A DNA stretch of 64,000 bases, taken from the NCBI RefSeq assembly GCF_006345805.1, contig NC_042999.1, positions 40,548,001 through 40,612,000 of the forward strand. The letters run 5' to 3'. The notes beneath the pieces are model-generated. The model had not been told where the DNA came from and did not search any database. It was given only the letters and a program-made list of their open reading frames with translations. This DNA is from Octopus sinensis. Its lineage: Eukaryota. The position numbers and the translations under genes are program-made. How positions within the stretch are numbered: the stretch's first letter is position 1; the number at the start of each line of letters is the position of its first letter. Shown here piece after piece: positions 13,531 to 26,690 of the stretch.

Positions 13531-14395
13531 ACAATATTTGTTAAGCATCTTTTTTTTTTCCTGTGTCGCTATTTCTTCCTTATGTTTTTGACCATTGTCT
13601 TCGTAAGGTACGACTGCGACAATATTCCAATGGGATCTCCTTCCTTCTTTTTTTTTTTCAGTACCTAAATTGCCATATCGCAAATTGTCAAACTTAATAC
13701 TTTAATATTATCTCTTTCTTTCTTTCTTTCTATGCCGAAATTACTTGCCAAACATGATGACTAAATTATCATCATAGATCACGACGGATAACCATGTACT
13801 TTTTTTTATTCCTATAGAAACTAGAAAAATATATTACTACATATTGCAGTTATGACAAAGCATGCGTATGAGATTTTTCAGACTACATAGCTACAGGAAA
13901 TTTGTTCAAGCGAACCGAAAAAGCCAGTCTTCAGTGAAGCAACAACGTTACTAGGTCCCAATAGAACTTCTTTCATTCTAGTTTTTATCCCTAAATTGCT
14001 ACATCACTAAATTTCCGAGAGTCTTACAATAATCAGCAATATTTTCAGTATATTTCTGTCTTTATTTCTTTCCCAAAAATGACTCACCTAAGATGAAAAT
14101 TAACTTGAATATACCATGACTTACGTTAATAATTCTGACAAGCTTTCAGCTAGGAAATCACAAGAAGATATATGAGAAAATCCGATTCCTTCCATAAGCA
14201 AAATGTTTCAGATTTCGAACAAAACATTTAGCAGTTAGGTTTTGTGTCAGGCTTGTCTTTATCGAAAACCTTGGGGAGATGGCAGCGAAATTGGATGGTT
14301 AAAACCGGAACCAGGCCATTCTTTAGCTCAGTACAAGAATCTGTATTGATTGCGATGCTCACAATATATAATGCCAATTTATGCATACATATACA

Positions 14396-14503
<108 letters not shown>

Positions 14504-14529
14504 ATGTATATATATGTATATATATATAT

Positions 14530-14572
<43 letters not shown>

Positions 14573-15423
14573 CATATACATACACCCCTGCTTAAGTCCA
14601 TAAAGTTATATTCCGAGCGGCACTAATATATCACTACCTTTACAATATTGGATAAATAGGGATATTCTGCTTCGACATGAATCGGATTAGAATCGTTTTC
14701 AAAAAAGGCACAGAACTGTGCGAGGTTTAGTAAATAGTTCGCGGATGAAGAATACGCAGCCTTTTGTCTCCAGCTCTCTGTGTTCAGTGTTCAACACCTG
14801 CCGGCGTCACCGTTTCTATCTTTTCTATCGTGTATCAATAAAATATAGTAATAGTTAAGTGCTAAGCTTGATAGAAATTACTAAGGTGCTATGGTTGACG
14901 GTACCCTCGACTGAAAATAGCTGGCGTTGTGTATAAACTGGAAGCAACAGTGTAAAAATTGATTCGATCTCCACGGGTTTCGACGATGTGGATATTAGTT
15001 GTTCAAATAAGTGGACTACAAACGCAATGAATTAATATTCAAATCATTGTGTGTCTCACAGAATCCAGTACCCTTGACATAATCTTTGAGAAGAATATAT
15101 GTGACAAGGCAAGGCGTTTGAATTACAGCCTCATTCCATTCGAGAGGCTTCCACGCAGTTTTCGATATAATTATATTGAAAAGGCCTATGTTTAACCGAG
15201 CCTAACACAAATGCTCAGTTGAATATGCCAAACATTTGGATCGAATCCCGGTTTTATACCTGAGAAGTGAAATTCTGAAACATTTGTCACATTTTTATGT
15301 ATACGCATTGACACGAACACACTGACATGCATACATCTGGACATATATCCTCATAAACTTGCACGCATACACACATATGTATGTACGTATATGTATATGT
15401 ATGTATGCATGCATATATATATG

Positions 15424-16140
15424 TAATCTGGAACTCGACTGAGGAAGAAAACTCCGGATGACCCATCCTTGTTTTCTTTGTATCATCTATCTGGATGTTT
15501 TGTTGTCTCTTTTTGTATCACCTAACTGTCTGGATGTCTTGCGTTCTTGCCCCATTTTTGTATTTTTTATATGTATATGTGCACACACACACACCACACA
15601 CACACACACACACATAAATAGGTGCAGGTTGGCTGTACGGTAAGTAGATTGCTTACCACCCACATGGTTCTGAGTCTAGTCCCACTGCGTGACAACTTTG
15701 GCAAGTGTTATCTGCTACAGCCCGAGGCGGTAGTAGAATCCCCTTGTTGATGGATTTGGTCGACAGAAACTGAAAGAATCCCGTCGTATATATATATATA
15801 TTATATATATATATATATATAATATATATATATATATATTATATACACATATATATTTGCTTGCATACATACATATATATATGCCCATATATATGTGTGT
15901 ATGCGTGTGTTGGGATTGGTCGACAGAAACTGAAAGAATCCCGTCGTATATATATATATATATATATATACGACGGGATTCTTTCAGTTTCTGTCGACCA
16001 AATCCATCAACAAGGGGATTCTACTACCGCCTCGGGCTGTAGCAGATAACACTTGCCAAAGTTGTCACGCAGTGGGACTAGACTCAGAACCATGTGGGTG
16101 GTAAGCAATCTATTTACCGTACAGCCAACCTGCGCCTATT

Positions 16141-16181
<41 letters not shown>

Positions 16182-16338
16182 ACATATACATATAAAAAAT
16201 ACAAAAATGGGGCAAGAACGCAAGACATCCAGACAGTTAGGTGACACAAAAAGAGACAACAAAACATCCAGATAGATGATACAAAGAAAACAAGGATGTG
16301 TCATCCGGAGTTTTCTTCCTCAGTCGAGTTCCAGATTA
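15424..16338. repeat. ~370-bp-arm inverted duplication (arms 15424-15790 and 15967-16338)
   Basis: Arms are reverse complements with about 4 substitutions and (CA)n length differences. Each arm contains a repeat fragment, (CA)n and a family C SINE 5' half. Confidence 0.95.
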
Positions 16339-16560
16339 TCTTTGCAATTTCGACTGGTTATACTCGAGATTGCTCCAATCTGGCCAGCCCCAAGGAAAAT
16401 CTAAGCTAAAAGTATTAGATTCCTTGGAAGAAAGCAACGAATGTATACGAAAACGGGGACGGAAAAAAACGGAGAAATGCTACACAAGTACAAATACAAA
16501 TAACAGACATAGCAGCTGGTGTCTTTCGATCAAGGAGTAATTATATTAAGCTGGCGTGTG
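16339..16560 (-). repeat. Diverged relative of the 780-bp tandem unit
   Basis: Minus strand reads TACATTCGTTGCTTTCTTCCAAGGAATCTAAT...GCTTAGATTTTCCTTGGGGCTGGCCAGATTGGAGCAATCTCGAG, versus TACATTCGAAGCTTTCTTCCAGGGGATCTAAT...GCTTAGATTTCCCTTGGCGGGCTGGCCATATCGGAGCAATCTCAAG at about 46060-46145. Confidence 0.75.
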
Positions 16561-16815
16561 TAGAAATACCACTCTGAAGTATTTAGAGGAAGAAATCGAG
16601 CACAGAACTTACATTATTTAAGTCTCGTACTTATTCTATCGATTCCTTTTGCCGAAACGCTATGACACAGGGAGGTAAACAAATCACTGGTGGTCAAGAG
16701 GCCGGCGGAGAAACACAGCCACAAAGACATGCACATACACACACACACGTACGCGCACACACAAACAGATACATATATATGTATGTATATATATATGTAT
16801 GTATATATATATATG

Positions 16816-16960
<145 letters not shown>

Positions 16961-16964
16961 ATAT

Positions 16965-17360
16965 AAGGCGAGCAGGCAGAAACGTTAGCACGCCGGGCGA
17001 AATGCTTAGCAGTATTTCGTCTGCCGTTACGTTCTGAGTTCAAATTCCGCCGAGGTCGACTTTGCCTTTCATCCTTTCGGGGTCGATTAAATATGTACCA
17101 GTTGCACACTGGGGTCGATATAATCGACTTAATCCGTTTGTCTATCCTTGTTTGTCATCTCTGAGTTTAGCCTCTTGTGGGTAGTTAAGAAATAGGTATT
17201 ACGTTCTGAGTTTTAAATCCGCCGAGGTCAACTTTGCCCTTCATCTTTTTGGGGTGGAATAAATAAGTACCAGTTACGTAGTAGGGTTGATGTGATCGAT
17301 ATAATCGTTTTGTCCTTGCTTGTTCCCTCTATGTTTAGCCTTCTGTGGGTAATAAAAGGA
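16965..17360 (+). mobile_element. Family A SINE dimer
   Basis: Head AAGGCGAGCAGGCAGAAACGTTAGCACGCC followed by two body units. Confidence 0.9.
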
Positions 17361-17681
17361 TTAATTACCACGCAGCAACTATAAGAGGAGTATAGAAAGA
17401 TAGCAATTTCAACACACACACACACACACACACACATACACACACACACACATACACACACACACACACATACACACACACATATACAATTTAAAAATAG
17501 GATTTACAATTTTAAAATTTTGTGCACCGATTTGACCTGCCGCTGAATATGTCTTTAAAAGGCTCGCATTGAGAGTTGCATTCCCTCGCGTTCGGTAGAC
17601 TGTGTTTATTATGGTACTTTTGACTTTAAGAGTCCCTCCTAGCTTGAGGCATTTATGTATAGTAATGCCCTTAATATAAAT

Positions 17682-17744
<63 letters not shown>

Positions 17745-17745
17745 C

Positions 17746-17865
<120 letters not shown>

Positions 17866-17893
17866 TATATATATATATATGTATGCATACATA

Positions 17894-17945
<52 letters not shown>

Positions 17946-18030
17946 TACATAATACATACATACATGCAGACATACATATATAAAGGCATACACACATACA
18001 TATATATACGTGTATGCGTACACACACTCA

Positions 18031-18064
<34 letters not shown>

Positions 18065-18517
18065 AACACTTAATACGATTGAAGATTACCACTGGGTTGA
18101 ACTCAAGAAGCACCAACATTTCTGCCAATGGAATATGATGATTTGGAGTTACTGAATTTGAACGGCCGTTCTTCTGTTCACTGGTTACATTTGAAGTTGC
18201 TTCTCTGATGTGCGATTTGTATTCAGACAGCTTACTTCAGCTGGTAATTAATCACAGCATCAAACTTATTTCTCTCTCTCTGTCGCTCTCTGTTTCTCTT
18301 TCTCTTCCTCTCTCACACACACACGTACACATACTGTCAAACATTTTCTCCCTCTCACTCACTATTGGTATATGTATGCGTGTGTTTATGTATGTAAATA
18401 CATCCATATACTAAGAAGAATAGACGTTGTACACACACATAAATATATACATACATGTATGCTTAAGCATCTATATGGTAGACATATATGCGCGTGTGTA
18501 TATGTATATATGTGAGT

Positions 18518-18581
<64 letters not shown>

Positions 18582-18639
18582 CATACACACACACACATTT
18601 ATATATATATGTATAAATTTTTTCAGAATGAGATAAAAA

Positions 18640-18905
18640 AGCCAACCAAGGCTGTGAAGATTTTAGAACATTTATAAATAGAAGGTCTTACAGCTGTTTC
18701 CGGGATATTTATTACATCCCATCATCGGAGACGATGTGAGAAAATGGTTAAGCAATAGTTAATTTAGATAAGATACGAAATAGAGAGTGAAGTGGAGGAA
18801 TGAAAATAGATGTGAGATATGCAGGGATATTCCATTTGCAGATCCATTATTTATGTAGAATGGTATACATATAAGATCCAATAGTATATAAAATCCAATA
18901 GTAGC
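18640..18905 (-). mobile_element. Penelope-like terminal-repeat fragment carrying a hammerhead motif
   Basis: Contains the hammerhead-like motif at 18685-18732 and shares sequence with 13010-13110. Assignment relies on the known association of minimal hammerheads with Penelope pseudo-LTRs. Confidence 0.55.
18685..18732 (-). ncRNA. Minimal type-I hammerhead ribozyme-like motif (U4C core)
   Basis: Minus strand: GTCT-CCGATGA-T-GGGAT-gtaataaat-ATCCC-G-GAAAC-agct-GTA-AGAC. Stem I GTCT/AGAC, stem II GGGAT/ATCCC, palindromic stem III AC-AGCT-GT, GUA cleavage triplet. Confidence 0.75.
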
Positions 18906-19100
18906 TAAAATTGGTCATTCCAAGTATAGTGTTTGTACACAGTGCTATTGAATCGTGGGTTTTAGTTAAAGTGACCTAAAAGTAGGAAATGTATTCGTAA
19001 GGTGAAAATCGAAAACAGGAAGAGAGGAATAAAGAAAAGAGAAAAAGAGAAGAAAAACAGGAATCGATCGTTAGATAGATAGACAGATAGACAGATAGAC

Positions 19101-19198
<98 letters not shown>

Positions 19199-19749
19199 CG
19201 TGGTCTCTGATATGAATAGTGTTATCATGATGATGAATATTAGCATCATCATCATCATCATCATCATCATCTTATCAGTATCTACAATAACATTTCTAGT
19301 AGTTTTTGTTGTTTTATTTTTTTCTGTATTGTCTGTAACTGTCGTCTGAAGTAAAAAGTTTTCATCGAAGGTTGACCTTTCCCCAGTTTCCGAGAGAAAC
19401 ATCTTCTCTCTCTCCTTCCTTCTCTCTCTCTTTCTTTATTTCCCTGTCTCTCTCTATCTATCTCTCTCTTTCTCTCTCTGTCTCTCTCTTTCTCTCTCTC
19501 CCACTCAATGATGTCCACACCGTCAACCTAATCATCGCCGCCATTGTCAACTTCGTCATAGTAATTATTTGTCGTATCTGTTTTGTTGCTTGGCTTTCAA
19601 TATGTCTGTTTTTAACCTGTTATTTTCGTTCTGCCACACTAGATGTCATTCTTCTTGTTCCTTGCCTTGTTTTTATTGTATTATGTCATGTTTCTTGTTT
19701 GCCAATTTTTGATATTTTTTCGTCTCTTATCTGCTGTCTTGAATTCTTT

Positions 19750-19901
19750 TATTTATCGCCACCACAACCACCACCATCAGCATCATAATCATCCTCATCA
19801 CCGTCCTCATCATTATCGCTCTTCTTCTTCTTCTTCTTCTTCTTCTTCTTCTTCTTCTCTTCTTCTTCTTCTTCTTCTTCTTCTTCTTCCTTCTTCCTCC
19901 T

Positions 19902-19984
<83 letters not shown>

Positions 19985-20010
19985 CATCATCATCATTATT
20001 ATTATTATTA

Positions 20011-20064
<54 letters not shown>

Positions 20065-20075
20065 CATTATTATTA
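19750..20075. repeat. Compound (CAT)n-(TCT)n-(TAT)n microsatellite
   Basis: Direct inspection. Confidence 0.95.
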
Positions 20076-21000
20076 TGTTTGTGTTTGTGCAAACCATTTT
20101 GACGAATAAACATAGATACAATATCAATATTTGACAGCCTGCAAAATTTTGCAGTGATTTCAAAGAGTATATATTTATTTTATATATAATATATTTTTTT
20201 AGTTACATCATTGTTTAACTTCCAGCCACTCATTGATCAGGAAGGCGCTTAACCTAAGTGGTTACTGCATTCGCTTAATATTCGTAAAAGTACACTGTTC
20301 AATTTCTAAAGTGGTTCACTCATGACAGTTTATTTCACTTTGTTGCAGTCTATTCAAATATTAGCTGTACCACCCAAGCGGTGATGCAGCCGTCTCTCCC
20401 TCTGGGTGTCATATTCTTTATGTACCTCCTAGACAAGAGCGAGGAGGCTGAGATGATGTCTATGTTTTCTCGAGGCTACATAAACACTTACAATTGTTAG
20501 CCAAAGACTGCTACTTGTTAATATACCATGTATGCTCACGAGTAACAGCTGATTATACATTTTTAACCTATCATGTTGTAGACATTTGAGAAATAATGTT
20601 CTAAATGTGACTCCACTGAAGTTCATTTTAACATCATCTATCTAGACTTGACAACGTTTATTTGTTCAAGACTTTATCATGATATTCAATGGTGATTTGG
20701 TAGCTATTTCTTGTAGGTCGAACCACCAGTTACAGGTTCCCACGTAGATTTTTGGGCTATTAAGGAGAATATTTTTACTATGAAATACGGTGGCTCGATA
20801 CAATCGTTACAGCGACAAATAAATTGTCTTGCGGCATTTGTGTTTTGGTTCGTAAATTCTTCACTCAAACTATAGTGGAATGAACTTTGTCTGATATCTT
20901 TCCAGGATGATAAAACGAAATACAAATTCTGAGATCGATCAATGCACAAACTCCTCCCAACAATATTTGCCAAAATATATATACAATGTACATACCTACA

Positions 21001-21076
<76 letters not shown>

Positions 21077-21085
21077 GTATATATA

Positions 21086-21476
21086 CTAGCAGTATCGCCC
21101 GGCGTTGCTCGGATTTGTAAGGGAAATAACTATATAAGTATTTTTAGAGAGTTATAGCCAAAAAATAGCAAAAAAATGCATTAAAAATGGAAAAAAAATT
21201 ATGGTAAATTTTTTTTAAATCGTTGACTCATCGTAGATATTTTTAGAGAGTTACTTCCCTTATATAATAGCGAAAAAATGCATTAAAATGGAAAAACATG
21301 ATTTTTTTTTTAAATGGTAGACTCATCGTAGACGTGCGCTATTACCCAGAAGGGCTCGATATGAATCACGACTATAAGATACCCGGTTTTGGTTAAACTG
21401 CACCGCAAAATGTGGGAGTAGTTAGGAATCTAAATCGTAGGAGACAGACACACAACCTCTCTTTTATATATAAAGA
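21086..21476 (-). mobile_element. Non-autonomous Helitron
   Basis: Minus strand begins TC after an A (t21477) and ends CTAG before a T (a21085), with subterminal CCGAGCAACGCCGGG hairpin-like motif and no TSD. Internal ~115-bp tandem duplication. Confidence 0.85.
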
Positions 21477-21814
21477 TATATATATATATATATACAATTT
21501 AAATTACGATGAACGTAAACAAACAAGCTTTAGAAGCGTTGAGATGTCTTAGAAAGTTAAAGAAGATATTTTAATTTCTCAAACGCAAGATAATGCTAAT
21601 AATATAGCCTGAACAGAATAAGCTACTCCTATTTTGCAGAAAAAAAGTGCTGGCAGCCGGTTATGAGGCTCGAAATTACGCCTCCGTGATTACGTGTCTC
21701 AGTGCTCCGAACCATTAAGCTAAACCGCCCACACCACAAGTTTCTCCCGCAAATTCAATATATATAGAAATCTCGCTTTATGAGACGCTATCATATATTA
21801 TATATATATATTAT

Positions 21815-21875
<61 letters not shown>

Positions 21876-22669
21876 GTATGTATATATATATGGGCACAGG
21901 AGTGACTGTGTGGCACCTTGGGCAAGTGTCTTCTACTGTAGCATCGGACAAAAGGCCTTGCAGCAATTTGTTCCACCGCATTACGTTCTGAGTTCAAATG
22001 CTGCCGAGGTCAACTTTGTTTATCATCACACTGCGGTCGATGTAATCTTGTTTTAGAAAATTGTCGTTTTCAGTTATGTAAAATCTCTCCACCCAATTTT
22101 TTCGCCATCTTCCGAAACACCGAAACGAAACCTACGTCACCTCCGGTGCATCTTTGCGTTATTTCTAAAAATCATCCTTAATAACAGAACAATGCTATTC
22201 AATGTCATTGAATGTTACATAGTTTAATAATATAGAATAAGAAAGTAATAAATGTATAATCCATTATAACGTTTGGAAAATTTACCATCTGTTCATGATC
22301 AGATTGTCGTTACCGTTGTTTGTATTGCTACCTCTTATGTTGTGTAGCCGCAGGTTAGCAGTAATTGACAAGGCATAAATCTTGAAATTAATCAGTCGGA
22401 TGACTAACTGTAATTCAAGGATCTATTGTTCTGTGTACACCTCTCACCTGCTTCTAGCCGCGAGCTATGCATCACATTCTGACATGCAGTGGTTAATCAT
22501 ATGTGGTTGCAGTCTTACATTTTTGACACGTTGCACATTTGCTTCTGTCCTGTGAGTCTACTTTAGTCAGTTATTGTTGTCATTGAGCTCCAAGGCATTC
22601 TTTCTTCAGCAGATGTATGATCAAATATATTCCAGGCTTGACCACCTCTATTGTTTCTTTATTATTATT

Positions 22670-22715
<46 letters not shown>

Positions 22716-23009
22716 CACACATACTCTGTACAACTATATATCAAATATATATATTCGTAATAATAATACGGATGCCTGTGAACTGAGTGTGAATTTATTT
22801 TCATTCCAAACAGACAGATCTAGAAGTACAGAAATGCGTATATTTATATTTATATTTACAATCCATTTTAATTCTAGTACAATTTCAATGACGCCACCCC
22901 CATTCTTGGATATAAATATAAGAAGAGGGAATAATGGAAACTGAACTCTTATGTCCACTAAAAATACAAACCAATGCCTTTACATGCAAGTGACTGACCA
23001 TGTAGATAT

Positions 23010-23047
<38 letters not shown>

Positions 23048-23059
23048 GTGTGTGTGTGT

Positions 23060-23168
23060 GTGTGTGTGTGTTTGTGTGTGTGTCTTCTAGGATCTCGGGC
23101 ATCCCCCATCCGATTGCCCTCAAATTTGATGTGTAGATACCGACGGTATCAGGGCGTCTTGAAAAAAT
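23060..23168 (+). mobile_element. Truncated copy of the 23549 Helitron-like element
   Basis: CTTCTAGGATCTCGGGCATCCCCCATCCGATTGCCCTCAAATTTGATGTGTAGATACC matches 23600-23670. Confidence 0.75.
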
Positions 23169-23548
23169 CGATACATATATACGACGGGCTTCTTTCAGTT
23201 TCTATCAACCAAAATCACTCACAAGGCTTTGGTCCGCCCGAGGCTATAGTAGAAGACACTTGCCTCAAAAAATCGTCTATGGCTAATCGTTGAGAGGACG
23301 TTGGTGTCGCAGGCTAACAACTTGTTTGTTTGAATTTCGTCATTTTTGTTGAAAGCTTTCTCTTCGAAACTGTCCGTTGTTGAAATTGTATATCACTATT
23401 GAGAATTATTGTTGGGCGACTCGCGCGTGATTGTATTTTTGCTGTTTTCTCCACATTGTGGGGCTAAAAATTTAGTTTTTCAATATGGAAAACTATGCAA
23501 AAGCCACTACAGTGGGAGCAGCTACGCTGTTGGAAGCGAAACATATGA

Positions 23549-23938
23549 TCTCTTATATAAAATCCGTTCTATCTGTGTGTGTGTGTGTGTGTGTGTGTGT
23601 CTTCTAGTATCTCGGGCATCCTCCATACGATTGCGCTCAAATTTGATATGTAGATACCTACAGTATCAGGGCGTATATTAGGTTTGAAAAAATTTCAAAA
23701 ATCGATTCCAGGTGAGAATACGATCGATAAAGCCGTGGGAACGTGCATTTGTATGCGCAAGTACATCAGCTGTTGCGATCGATACTACGTGTACGCGAGA
23801 AAAATGCACGGTGTTTCAAATTTAGGTGAAATCAGTATTTCTCAAAGGGGAGGCCTATGGGACAAGTTGTTTTGAGAAAATTTGGTCTAAATGTTTGACA
23901 ACTCAGCACCGTCCATTGGACGGGGGGCTTTTTGCTCG
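23549..23938 (+). mobile_element. Non-autonomous Helitron-like element (CTCG end)
   Basis: A^TC start, (GT)n near the 5' end, 3' hairpin CCGTCC-ATT-GGACGG, ends CTCG^T. Second copy at 60937-61292. Confidence 0.75.
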
Positions 23939-23999
23939 TAATGAATATGAAAGTGATAATAAGAAGTGAACAGTTTGTGCAAAGAGAGGGAGACGCAAT

Positions 24000-24830
24000 A
24001 AGAAGAAACGGTCAAGTATAAGAGTGATAGGAGCGTGGTGTACCGCACGCAAACGGTCGCCACCAATAAAATTGAAATACTATCAGAAGACGATGGGGAG
24101 AAATGCTTGGGACCCCTGATGAAAACGGCAACTTTCGTTAGCCGAGGAAAGAAATATGATACGGTGGAGGTGTGGTTTGCCACCAAAGAAGAGGCGGCCT
24201 CACATTCCACCACTATTTTACGCATTGATAAGGTGACGCTGCTGCCAGCATATAGGGGCAGGTGAAGTGTTCATATTCGCATTGGAAAGGAGCCACCAGA
24301 AACAAAGCTAGAGTGGTTGGTAGCAGCTGTTATGGCTACCACCGAGGAGAATCCCGAACTGAGACCAGTGAGAAAAACGAGCATTGTTTGGGATGCAGCG
24401 TCGAGATGTGACTTTTTTCCACTTTCGAAGACATGGAAAGGATCCCTTACCAGATGGAGATTCCGGGAGAGAGATCCCTCAAAGGGATTGTTGCGGGACG
24501 CCGACCAAATTGTACGAATATAGAGTAAGCGGCCACATGAAGATGCAGTGCCCCAACCACAAGTCTCCTCAGAATGAGAAGGGTGTGGAGAGGGACCAAC
24601 ATGAAACGGAGATTGGAGCACCAATTGAAGCTATAAAAGACAGAGACGGCAAAAGCGATATGGAGTGCACTAGTGATGCGGAAGAGGTGGAGCCGAGGAA
24701 AGACAGAACGAAAGCGGTAAATGAGGGGAGTGACGTGTTTGTCAGCTCCAAAAGGTGGAAAAAGGCGAAATCAAGAGAACACTCGGAAATACCAGCAGCA
24801 GAAAGAACCAGGTAGGACGCCCAAAGAAGG
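24000..24830 (+). pseudogene. Decayed ORF1/gag-like fragment of a non-LTR retrotransposon
   Basis: Broken frames give YDTVEVWFATKEEAASH...LLPAYRGR*SVHIRIG and VAGRRPNC / VSGHMKMQCP (remnant CCHC-like knuckle), followed by a charged region. No ORF2 follows. Confidence 0.5.
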
Positions 24831-25171
24831 TAGGGAGCCGTCTATATTTAAGCATATGCAGACAGTAGAGGTGGAACAAAGAAAGAAAATCGGTGGAAGA
24901 GAATGTACAGCACTGTTTTAGAAATAAGGCATTCATAGTCTACTACGAAAAGAATGTAGATGTGGAAAGGAGAATTCCCAAGTGGTGAAGCTGCCCAGGA
25001 AGGATTTCAAGGAGGAGGAAAGGTGTGAACTATTGAATGTCGATAGTTACGACACGCTCAGGAAATCATATGTAAGGTATATAACTTCATTTGACGAGCC
25101 GGAGTGGGTTGATGGCCTATCACCCGTAATTGAACACAAAGTGTTGATAATTTTTTTTTAATATATAAAAT

Positions 25172-25587
25172 ATAGGAGTGGCTATGTGGTAAGTAGCTTG
25201 TTCACCAAGCACATGGTTCCGGGTTCTGTCCCACTGCATGGCACCTTGGGCAAGTGTCTTCTACTATAGCCTCGGGCCGACCAAAGACTTGTGAGTGGAT
25301 TTGGGAGATGGAAACTGAAAGAAGCCCGTCGTATATATGTATATATGTATGTATGTATGTGTGTGTGTTTGTGCGGCTGTGTTTGTCCCCCTAGCATTGC
25401 TTGACAACCGATGCTGGTGTGTTTATGTCCCCGTCACTTAGCGGCTCGGCAAAATAGACCGATAGAATAAGTACTGGGCTTACAAAGAATAAGTGCCGGG
25501 GTCCAGTTGCTCGATTAAAGGCGGTGTTCCAGCATGGCCGCAGTCAAATGACTGAAACAAGTAAAAAAAAAGAGTAAAAGAGAGTAT
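25172..25587 (+). mobile_element. Family C tRNA-derived SINE, near full length
   Basis: AGGAGTGGCTATGTGGTAAG...GGTTCTGTCCC head, internal (TA)/(TG) tract, tail GGCGGTGTTCCAGCATGGCCGCAGTCAAATGACTGAAAC plus A-rich end. Fragments at about 15617, 16140(-), 16606(-), 21892, 23177(-), 42655, 45300(-) and 56975(-). Confidence 0.9.
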
Positions 25588-25884
25588 ATAAAAATGATGG
25601 TGATGTGAACATATTAAATTATTAAAATAAAAAGAGAGAAAAGGAAAAAGAGGAAAAAGCTGTCCAAAATAATGTCTAAATGTAACCACTCGACTTCGGG
25701 GATCGAGTGGGCATTGTGCATCATTTTATCATTTTCATATTTTAATTCGTTCTTTTTATTTTTTCTTCCTTACTCGATTTCTTTCTGTATTGTTTCCCCG
25801 ATTATGTGTTTTGAATTGATTTTGTAATGTTCATCTTCCATTTTAGCCCGTTGTGGGTAATAAAAATTTAAGTACGTCGGTGTT

Positions 25885-25922
25885 GCCTTGGCGGAGGTTT
25901 GTACTCCCTGAGTGCTCCTGTT
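25885..25922 (+). mobile_element. Possible 3' end of a Helentron/HINE-type element
   Basis: GCCTTGGCGGAGGTTTGTACTCCCTGAGTGCTCCTGTT resembles, from recall, the CCTTGGCGGAGGT...TGAGTGC..CTAGTT ends of such elements. Confidence 0.35.
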
Positions 25923-26189
25923 TTTTACATTTTTATAAGTTGTGTATGGAGACGGCATTATCAAGTGAATCATTTCTTAAGATGTCAGAGTGGAATTTGA
26001 GAGAAATGCATCTGCTAATTCCAGCAAACTAAGCAAGTAAATAAAGGCTCTCTGTATTTTTACTCGGGCATTACTGTAGTAGAGTGGTATAATACTTGGA
26101 GTAACAGTCGCATACTGTGGTCGAAGTAATCGACTTTTTCCTGGTCCCAAAATTGCTGGCCTTGTGCCAAAAATCAAAACCAATATTCC

Positions 26190-26420
26190 TAAAGCAGCGA
26201 GCTGGCAAAGGCATTAGTACACTGAGCAACATGCTTAGCGTTATTTTGTCTACCTTTACGTTTTGAGTTCAAATCTCACCGAGGACGAATTTTTTTGTTG
26301 TTGTTTGTTTTATCTTTTCAGCGTCGATAACGTAAGTACCAGTTGAAAACTGTTGTTGTTGTTGTAATCGTCTTAACCCCTCCCACAAACTTGCTGGCGT
26401 TGTGCCAAAATTTGCAAGTA
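26190..26420 (+). mobile_element. Degenerate family A SINE (another at 26760-26945)
   Basis: AGCAGCGAGCTGGCAAAG...TTTTGAGTTCAAATCTC...tail CTTGCTGGCGTTGTGCCAAAATTTG. Confidence 0.8.
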
Positions 26421-26431
26421 TTATTTTTCTT

Positions 26432-26690
26432 GTGGAGGTGCTTGGCTTAGTGGTTAGGGTGTCAGCACCATGATCGTAAGATTGTGGTTTCGATCCCTGG
26501 ACCGGGCGTCGCGTTGTGTTCTTGAGCAAAACACTTCATTTCACGTTGCTCCAGTCCACTCAGCTGTCAAAAATGAGTAACGCTGCGATGGACTGGCGTC
26601 CCATCCAGCTGGGGAACACATACGTCATAGAAACCGGGAAACCGGACCCATGAGCCTGGCTGGGTTTTAAAAGGGCGCATTTATTATATA
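26432..26690 (+). mobile_element. Family D tRNA-derived SINE (central domain possibly Meta-SINE-like)
   Basis: Head GTGGAGGTGCTTGGCTTAGTGGTTAGG...GGTTTCGATCCC; body GTTCTTGAGCAAAACACTT...CACTCAGCTG..AAATGAGTA; tail GCGATGGACTGGCGTCCCATCCAG...GAAACCGGG. Confidence 0.8.

Noticed and set aside
20349-20500. Strong plus-strand acceptor TTTCACTTTGTTGCAG followed by 49 open codons
   Set aside because: No convincing donor before the stop and no recognisable protein similarity.
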